From the NCBI GenBank assembly GCA_012295275.1, contig CM022670.1, forward strand, positions 6,386,001 to 6,450,000: DNA of 64,000 nucleotides, read 5' to 3'. The position numbers were made by a program, and so were the translations under genes. Below are positions 54,547 through 64,000 of the stretch, in pieces; position 1 is the stretch's first letter; every line of letters starts with the position of its first letter. The stretch comes from Chrysomallon squamiferum (lineage: Eukaryota > Animalia > Mollusca). The notes beneath the pieces were generated by a model. The model was not told the origin of the DNA and made no database searches. It saw only the letters and a program-made list of their open reading frames with translations.

Positions 54547-56342
54547 CTCTCTCTGTGTGTATAAAGATAGATAGAGTGTGAAATGTTACCCATTTATTTA
54601 TGTCAATTAGATAGAGACAGAAAAAAAAAAAATCTTTGATGAAATATTATTTACATTTTTGAAGAAATATGAATAGCTATGTGGTTGTTTTATGTTGTGT
54701 TTTATTATAAGTAAGCATTATTATAGATCGGTATTAATAATTGTATTCTGCTCTGTTCACGTAAGAGTGTCTCTTTTTAAAAAAATAAATCTGTTACTAC
54801 GAGTGTTTGTAATTCTAACAGTAAACTGTTAGGTTTGTTTTATTTAAGTGTTGTTTGTGTTAGTTTTTAACACATTTAACTATGTCGTGTTAAAGGTCTC
54901 GTCACACAGTTTTTTAAGAATCAGATTCGTGACGAAACTGTTAAGATGCGCCAAGTTAAATTCCACTACAGCTGTGCTGTGTACAGGACGGGATTTTTAA
55001 AACGTGGTGTGAGACCTTTAAATTTGCAAAAGAACTGAGTAAACACAAAACAGAAAAAGTTACTTACATCAGACGTGCGAGTTCCCAGGATTTTTGATTG
55101 TTTAGAACTTGAAACATTTTTAAGTTTCACTCTACAAACACTTAAATGCATTCTATAAGTTTAGTTCATTCTAAGGGCTGGTATCTTTAAGACTGCACTT
55201 AAATTTATCTGATTCTTGTTGTTGCTGTTTGCTTCATTTATATCAATATACTTTTATTAGTTGATACAAATATAATTTTTATTTCGTTAAATAGACTTTT
55301 AAACCGGGGTTTGAAAATAAGATTTTGTATAACAGCATTATTATTATTAGAAGCAGTAGAAGTAGTAATAGCAGTAGGCTTACAGTTTCTTTCATTTTCT
55401 GTGTAACTATCTGTCTGTCTATTTATCACTCTATGAATCTACCTACATGCATATATGTATGTGTATGTTGTGTTGTGTGTGTGTGTGTGTGTGTGTGTGT
55501 GTCTACTAAACACACATCTGTTTTTATTTTTCTCTCCCCGTTTGTTTCTCTTTTTACTTTTTCTCTCCCGTTTGATCCCTCCGTCTGATTCCCCTCTCTC
55601 ATTTCTCTCTAAGAGCAAACAATAACAGCAATTCAAAAAGTGTCATCATTAAAGATTAACAAGTTTCAATTTGAGACGAGGGGGCACACTTTAAAATCTC
55701 AGTCAAACTTCAACAACCCTTCACCTCTGTTGAGAAGATAAAATTTGCTTTAGGTGGCCTAAAGCTGCAAATCTCTCATTGTTATAAAACATCTGGTTTC
55801 GAGTAAAATTTCACCATTAAAATCATTTAGCAGTCGTAACAATGTGGCGTAGTGTGACACGGAATAAAACGAGTAATCGACTGTGAATAAATTTTGAAAA
55901 AGTTAAAAATTCATTGGCTTAATTTATTTTAATATACGAGTGTTTATCTCGAGCGTTCCTGCTGGGTAAATAACTGGTTGAAACGTTCTGTTTTATTAAC
56001 TAACAATATCAAGAATGTTTTTAAAGTTAAAAAAATGATGAACTCTGGTTTAAAGTTACACAGTCACAGATAGCGGGTGGGGGTTTTATTTTTAGTTGAT
56101 TTACTGCTGCTCTAGGCTTGATTTACAATCGGCGGGCAGCATTCGGGTGAATGGGCCGGAAGAAAATCCAATCTTGTCTACGTCACTACGTCAGAGAGAG
56201 ACAGACTTTCTTTAATTTACGACCTTATTGTGTTTTTAACTTGTATTGTTGATAGGCTCGCAGATGAGAGATGATAATTTATGATGATCTGGCGGATTAT
56301 CCCGGCTCTTTTATCCAACTGATACAGATTTAAGGAGAGGAT

Positions 56343-56356
56343 CCAGCAGGCGGCAC
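56343..56356 (+). promoter_or_regulatory. CTCF-like core motif (weaker)
   Basis: CCAGCAGGCGGCAC. Confidence 0.35.
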
Positions 56357-56996
56357 AGATCAAACCCACGAAGCGTTAAACTTCTGAAAAAGCCTCTTAA
56401 AGGAGCCAGGACCTACACAAGCAGTGCTAACTCGTTAAAGAGAATCACTCAGTAAGCAAAACACATTAGTCCAGTGTACACACACAATTATCAAATAAAC
56501 GAAGTTAAACTTATATCAGCTCAAGTAGTTCACACCTGACTTACGTAACGGTAAACAAAAAAGTTTTAAGTCATTATCGTCATAAAAAGAAATAACACAG
56601 AAAAAAGTTTTAACGGATTACCGTGAGATAAAAAAAAGATAAAGAAATAAAAGAAAAAGAAAATGGTAAAAAGGAAAGTTTCCACTTTGAGATTATAGGT
56701 TTAGAATGAATGTGCACTTAGAAGTAAATCTGTTTTTCAACACCGCAAAGAATGTGTGTATTCAAATTAAAAACACATCAAAGCAGTGTTTGGTTAAATT
56801 ATTAAACTTTACTTACGTAATTATTTAAATATGTTTTTTTAAATATTTATTCACACGCAAGAGTTAACGCTTTTTCCTATCATATTTTAAAAAATTTAAT
56901 GTTTTTCAACTTTTCATTTCTTCTTTTTTTTTTCTTTTCGTTGTCATCTTCTGACTTTTCTACATCTTTCTTTTCCTTTAACGCGTTCGATAAAAA

Positions 56997-57028
<32 letters not shown>

Positions 57029-57319
57029 AGTTTATTTTTATTATTTATTTGTTTAAAAAAAAAAAAAAAAAAAATAAAAAAAATCAGCACGTTTAATACA
57101 TTTAATAGACTCAGCAAAACTCATCCTGTCTCAAGGACATTAGATTAAATAGCTTCACATACTTCAAATAAGTATTTGATACTAGACGGCATTACTAATT
57201 TCCTTTAGGACAGACAATAAAAATTAGAAATTAGATTTGCAGATAGTACAACAATACGTTATTGTTACAGTCAGCTTCGTTTTATTGTTGTCTGTAATTT
57301 AAAACTTTTTAAAAACTGC

Positions 57320-57351
<32 letters not shown>

Positions 57352-60300
57352 GAAGAAGAAGAAGAAGAACAAGGAAAGATGTGTTATAAGAAGGAAAAAA
57401 ACCCCAGGTAGTATGTACATTACAGATGTATACATAGATAGAAAAAAAAGAAAACTGTGTAAACATATATGTTATATATTTGTGTTAATTATTATTGTTG
57501 TTGTTGTTGTTGTTGTTGTTTTTCTTGTTGTTCTTGTAGCTGCTGCTGCTCTTTTTATTTTCTTGTTATTGTTGTTGTGTTAATATTAATGTTTTGACGA
57601 TGCTGTTTTTATTACTATGATTAAAACATTTTGCTTACTCATTGCCTTTCTTACGCTTTCCAGTTTCACTACCAACAACAATTCGTTATAAAAAAAACCT
57701 GAATCATACACCCATACGTACGTACGTGTGTCTGTCATTGTGTGTGTCTGTCATGCACTCAACTACAACGACATATACCCGTCTCTGCTGAGTGATTTTC
57801 TTTAACATTCCTTCACTCACAGTTAGTCGCTGTACTTAACGAGATTTGCTCGGCGTTTGTCGCGTAACTCGGGAGAGAAAGCGACACGTCATTCACGCAC
57901 CAGTTCGCGCCATTTAATCTGTTTGACTATGACGTGTTGGGTACAGGTCAGCGATACGTCCATTGTCAGGGTATCGGCGTATCGATACGTTCTGTAAACT
58001 CGGCACAATTACCGTATTGTTCTCGGTAAAAGTAACTGAAATAATGTAAGCGTAAATGTGACTGTTGTTGTATTGTAGTGTCGTGCACCGGTTTAAACGT
58101 AATTATTTCAAATTGATTTTCCATTTGAATGTGGAGAAAAGAGGGTGAAAGAATGTCCTGAATATGTCTGTGTGTCTGTTTGTAGATATATGTTTGTTTG
58201 TGTTTATATGTCTGTATGTATGTATATGATGGTAAATGTGTATGCATGTATGTATGAACTTGTTTATGTTTATAATTTTATAATTTATATGTGTATGTAT
58301 GTATGTATGTGTATGTGTATGTGTTTACATACGTATATATATATGTCTGTTTTGTAAATATGTGTTAAAAGTATATTTTTATGTATGTATTAATATGGAA
58401 AAATCATTAAAAAATCCCATACATGACGTTAACAAATGTAATGATGATTAAACATCCATCTAAATTCATTTTCTTACAATTCAGTTATGAGCAAATATGT
58501 TTTAAAAAAAAAACAACACACACGAACAGAGAAAAGCCGCCCGAAAAACCCCACCAAAATGTCATGTTTTTGACAAATATAAAGTTTAACTGAAATTGAT
58601 TCCGCGTTCTGTCATCTGAAATTTTAATGTGTTGATTTTAATAAATGATTAATCGGTTTCTGGGTAATGGATTTTTTTCTAATGATTACTAACTTCTAAT
58701 GCATTTAACATGAAGTAAAATGGAGGAATTATTCATAAAAATGTCAATTACACAATCATTTTAAATAACAATGTGATCCCAGTGGTTTTAAAATACATTA
58801 TATATAAAAAAGTTCAAAAAACGAGAAAAAAAAAAAGTAAATTCTTGAAAATTCCGTTCCTAATAATGGATGATGAAGAAGAAAGAGATGAAACACATTT
58901 ATTGTTAAAAGCAGTTTAATATTGATAAAGAAGTGAGTGGGGAAAAAAAAAAAAAAAAAAAAAAAATGCAGGCTACCAGTAGGATCAGATAGATAGATTC
59001 ACTGCTAATTCTTTATTTTAACATTAAATGTTAATTAATATTTAACATATTTATATTTTAAGTACAAACTGTGGTTTCAGAATGTCCAAGAGAGAAAACT
59101 GGTCGCACTGCTGATTTATTTTTTGATGTAAATTTTGTGAAATGTTTTTGGCAATTTCATTCTAAGACTTATAAATTAGAATTTAAAAAATTAGTAACTA
59201 AAAAAACTGAAAGTAACCTTACAACACTTTCACGTGTCTCATCTCTACAGCTAAAGATGTGTGACGTAAAGTTTACTATAACGTCATCAAAAAGTGTACT
59301 ATTTATTCAAATAACAAAGAATCCTTGACGACTAAAAATTATTACGTCATCATCAATGAAGACTGCGTGAAATATAAAAACCAATGGGTTGTTGGTTGTT
59401 GTTGTTGTTGTTGTTGTTGTTATTTTGTTTTATTTTTATTTGAAATTTTTTTAATTTAAATTTTTATTTTATTTTATTTTTTAAATAAAAAAAAAAAAAA
59501 AAAAAAAAGAAAAGATTAGCTGACGATGTCAAAACGTGTTTGACTAAACAGACTAAATTATAAGATTATCTGAGGCGAGACAAATTGGAAGATAAATGAG
59601 AAAAAAACATAATCTATTTTTAATGAATTATCGATATTTTTTTTCTCTCTTTATTAACTGAGACAAATGGAGCGAAAATCGTTGAATGTTTTTCTATAAA
59701 TAAAATAGTTAAGGTTTTGTTTATTTTTATTCAGCAAACTTGAGATTCTTTCTTTATTTCTCCTCCATTTTCTACTTCTTATCAAAATTATTATTACCAG
59801 CATTATCATCATCATCACCACCGTTATCATCAACAACATTATTATTATCATTATCATAATCATCATCAATATTATAGATATATTTAAAGTAATATGTTTA
59901 TTAAATAAGTGAAATTTCTTATCAGTTTAAATGACTGAAATGAACTGTTAGACTAAGAAATTATCACAGTGGTAGTGGCTGCAGGTCACGTGACACGACA
60001 CATGTCGAGAGATGTAGCACACTCAGTAGCGTGAGTACATATCGACGATGGCGACATTTTGACACCTGACATCGTTTACAACTTCCGAGAACGGAGACTG
60101 ATCGTCTCTCGGTTTTGTCGTAAGTTCTCACAAACATATTGATTTCTTATCTATCACTTATAACTGCGTGCTGAATAGATTAAACTAAACACAGCAGTAG
60201 TATCCATCCGTGCAGTCTGTTTGTCTGTCTGTCTGTCATTCCATACAACTGTCTGTCTGTCATTCCATACAACTATCTGTCTGTCTGTCTGTCTATCCAT

Positions 60301-60372
60301 CTATCATCTATTATCTAAATAGTTATATCTATTCATTAGTCTTTATATTTATCTGTTTATCTATCTATATGT

Positions 60373-60414
<42 letters not shown>

Positions 60415-61254
60415 ATTCTTTCATTTTTCTTTCTGTCTATGTCTGTCTCCTATCTCTCTCTCACTATCAATTTAAAGGTATGTGTGTGTGTGTTTGTGTG
60501 TTTTTATTTATCTTATCTGACTTTCATAAACGTGTACATCCTTTTTTATGTTTTGGAATCTCATTTTTGTTATGTTATGCGTAACCTTGGAAACTGATCC
60601 GAAAGCAGAACTAATCCCGACGATACCAGCAGACACACATTTCTGTAAGCATTTCGATACCAAACGAAATTAATGTCATACCTGAGTGAACATTTTTATT
60701 TATATTTTTATTTATTTATTATCTTCTTTTTTAATTTATTTTTATTTTTAAGGTTGGGCAGCAGAAATTGATCTGTGATGCTCTGATCCGGAAATACATT
60801 TAACTCCATTAAAGCGAGAAATCAAAGGAAAGGTTTACCTTCCCGACAACAGAGCAGACGTGAATAAAGCAGATGGGGAGCGGACGAGTAGACATCTAAA
60901 AGCTGGCGTAACTAAATGTGATCAGAGAAATATGTCGTGTGACAGGGGAAGTCAGTCAAACGCTCGCTAATTCACTGAAAGTGCATTGGCGTATTCTGCG
61001 AAACTGTTGCTTCACTTCATCTATTTTAAAATTTATCGTTTGGTTCAGACTTGTGGACCGCGGGTTATTAAAGTTATTCAGGGTTTGAGGACAGTTTGAT
61101 GAATGTTCAGGCGATAGGTCGTCGACTGTGAAAAACGAAAAGAAAAGGAACGCCATCTTGTTCAAATAATGATTATACACTCTTTTCTTTACGAAAGTAA
61201 ATCCTGTGTGACTGTTAAATCTGTTTCTTTTCTCTTCTTCATTATTACAGTTTC

Positions 61255-61300
<46 letters not shown>

Positions 61301-61558
61301 TGATTTAGCAGTATCAACTGTCTCAGTCGGATATTATTAAATTCAGAGGTCACTGACAGTGGTAATAACTCTATGATGGTACTGTATTTGTTCAACGGGG
61401 AAAACAGTATTGCTTTTTAGATGAATAAATACGGCCCAATAAATATAAAATAAAGAAGAAAATAAACAAGCAAGCAAACAAACAAATAAACAAACAAACA
61501 AACAAACAAATAATAAATATATAAATAAATAAATAAATAAAAATATTAATTAATTAAT

Positions 61559-61680
61559 TAATTAACTATAAGTAAATAAATAAATATCAATACAGTAAAA
61601 TATTTTTTTCTAAAACTGATTAATTAACTATAAGTAAATAGATAAATATCAGTACAGTAAAATAATTATTTCTAAAATTG
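61559..61680. repeat. 62-bp tandem duplication
   Basis: taattaactataagtaaata..taaatatca.tacagtaaaata occurs twice. Confidence 0.9.
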
Positions 61681-63362
61681 TTTTCAAAAATGTAAAAAAA
61701 AAAAAATGTTTCCCAATCATTTCACACTTAAGCAAGTTTATATTTTTAAATCTTCATTCCATTAAACGAACATCTTCTCCAACGCGACGACGTCAACATC
61801 ACAGACAGCCTTGATGATCGTCCTCAATTCTATGCTTTGCTTTTATCATAATGAACAGTTCGGACGCATCTTTCAAGACGAAAGGCAGAAATGTATTTAA
61901 TAAATTCTGTGAAACGAAAATTAGAAAATATTCAGAATTGCTTTCTCGGCATCTTGAGATGCGAGATATTAGACCAGTCGAGTTTGTTAGACGGTTAAAA
62001 GCGTCAGTTATGAAAAATATAGGTCACACGACAGTGCACGGTGTATTTAGGAAACCCTTTGAAATTCTGCGTCTCTCCCACCTGAAATCAGGTTGTGTAA
62101 ATTAATTTTGTTATTTTCTACACTGAAGTGAGAAGCTGAAGATTCAAGAGTGCTTCAGACGAAACACGTGACCTTAAAAATCATCATTATAGGTCGTTTT
62201 TCTCAAACGAGACCACGTGACCGACTGAAGAGCTTGATTAAACAGGAACCCCCCCAGACTGTTGAGGCAGGTTCGCTCTACAGCGACCAGCGAAGCAGAC
62301 ACGAGTGCTTCCCTCACTTGGAAGTTTTCTTTTTAATAATCTAAAGACGCTACAGAAAGAAAAAGAGAGAGAAAAAAAATCGTCACTTAATTATGACCGC
62401 TTCAGACGTACGCATGCGCAAAGCTGGGAAGGCTTAAAGGCACACTTTGATGTATATTTTTTAAAAGAAAAATGACACTGATCCAGGCAGATTAGTTGCG
62501 TAACAAAGATGTTTAAAATATTTTTAGGAAAAGCTAGGAGTGTCGATGTTTTTAATGTATTTACAGAATTGCTGTTACTGTCATACAGTTAAAGGCAAAT
62601 ATCGAATTTCTGAACAGCAGTCAGCTGTCTGTAGATATTTCATCGTGACAATTATATCATACATACTGATGTTAATAAAATAATAATAATAATAAATATT
62701 AGAAAAAGTAATTAAATAAACAATTTTACACAAATGTGTAAATTGTATAGAAGTATGTACATGTAAAAGTACAGAGTATATATTATATATTTGTAGATAC
62801 GTACACAAATACAAAATTTCATGATGCGTGTTAAATAGCAGTGTAAAATACGCCTTGGGGAAATATTCCTAATTTTCCTCGTGCACATTTATTAATAATT
62901 CTACAGTTCCTATCACTGACCAATGAGCTTTATCGTTACTTAAATGACACTTATTGTTTATGTAAGCGATAAACGATAATGGCTGCTGATTGGTGAATTA
63001 TTCAGCGACCTTCAGAGACCAGATCCATCTCTGTACCATAATTTACTCGAATACAAAACACGCGGCAGAAAAAAAGCACTCGTCACGTGCACAAACAGCG
63101 TTCACCTAGGAGATGTTATCAGACGTACAATAGCTGTGACGCATGCGCTCTAAGTGTTTCTCCAACATGCAATAAAAGCTTTTATTTATGGCTGAAGAGT
63201 GCGGTCAGAAACAAAACATTTAAAAAAAGAAAAGAAAAGAAAACAGAAAACGAGCATTCTTCAGTCCTGAACGATTATGAATTAATAAATACAAGTGGTT
63301 TAATTTCTTCATAGCACGTGAAAAACGTGTACTCCGTGACCTCTAGTGTATGTTAAATGAAA

Positions 63363-63592
63363 ATACGGATCTATGGGTGGGTATATATGGTACCTAAATT
63401 TCACAAAATCATTTTTCACAAAAAAAAGAAAGAAAAGAAAGTATTATACACACAAAAAACATTATACGTGGGTTAGGGTGATTTTGTTTTTATTGATGTT
63501 TGACAAAACCGTCATTAGCATTTATTTAATCACATCAAAACATTTCATACTGACCGTAGACCCGACCCACAAAAAATCCTGGATCCTCCCTT
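63363..63592. mobile_element. Possible decayed MITE with GGATCC-type terminal inverted repeats
   Basis: cggatcta at the left end and aaaatcctggatcctccc at the right end. Similar termini occur at 14121, 44401 and 45185. Confidence 0.3.
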
Positions 63593-64000
63593 TGAATGGT
63601 AATAAATTATACAAAAACAGTGAATTTTTAAAACAAATATTTCCATTTTAACAGATACTTTTTATTAACATACCTTTAAATATTTTATTTTTATTTTACA
63701 AAAGAAAATAATGACGAACATGTCACAAGATACGGCTTTAAAAAAATTGACCCTCTACTCAGATTACAGCAGATAACTGTTTCACCTGAGACTGACACTT
63801 ATAAATATCTACACGCTTTTATATCTCTGCGTTCTAAAAAAAAAAAAAAAAAAAAAAAAAATACCCATCTAAATTAATTCAGTGGCAAAATATATATTAT
63901 TACTATATGAAGCAGACGCGTTCCTTGTCACGTGACAGCCACGCGCCTGTCATCTGCTGTACGCCCTTGTGTCTAGAAGCAGCAGACGAAGTACCAGATG

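Overview
Eukaryotic, AT-rich and microsatellite-dense animal genomic DNA, probably molluscan or lophotrochozoan (inferred from the protocadherin type and the SINE-like repeats). Two protein-coding genes are supported. (1) An intronless aminergic class A GPCR of histamine H3/H4 type on + (1720-2776), split by one extra base near 2285. (2) A 7-EC protocadherin on -, with one giant exon (40059-37319) and two cytoplasmic exons (33772-33655 and 33213-32645); its splice phases are consistent, but it lacks one base in a G-run at 37924-37927. Both frameshifts are most likely consensus errors and need read-level checking. The rest is non-coding: decayed tRNA-derived SINE copies, MITE-like ends, minisatellites, microsatellites and CpG-richer regulatory islands. 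The most notable observations are the short linear motifs in the protocadherin tail (two RVxF and three WIRS-like), a set of oriented CTCF-like motifs, a Lys at position 7.45 of the GPCR, minimal uORFs before both genes and a possible unannotated spliced minus-strand transcript near 20 kb. No clearly novel system could be established from sequence alone.
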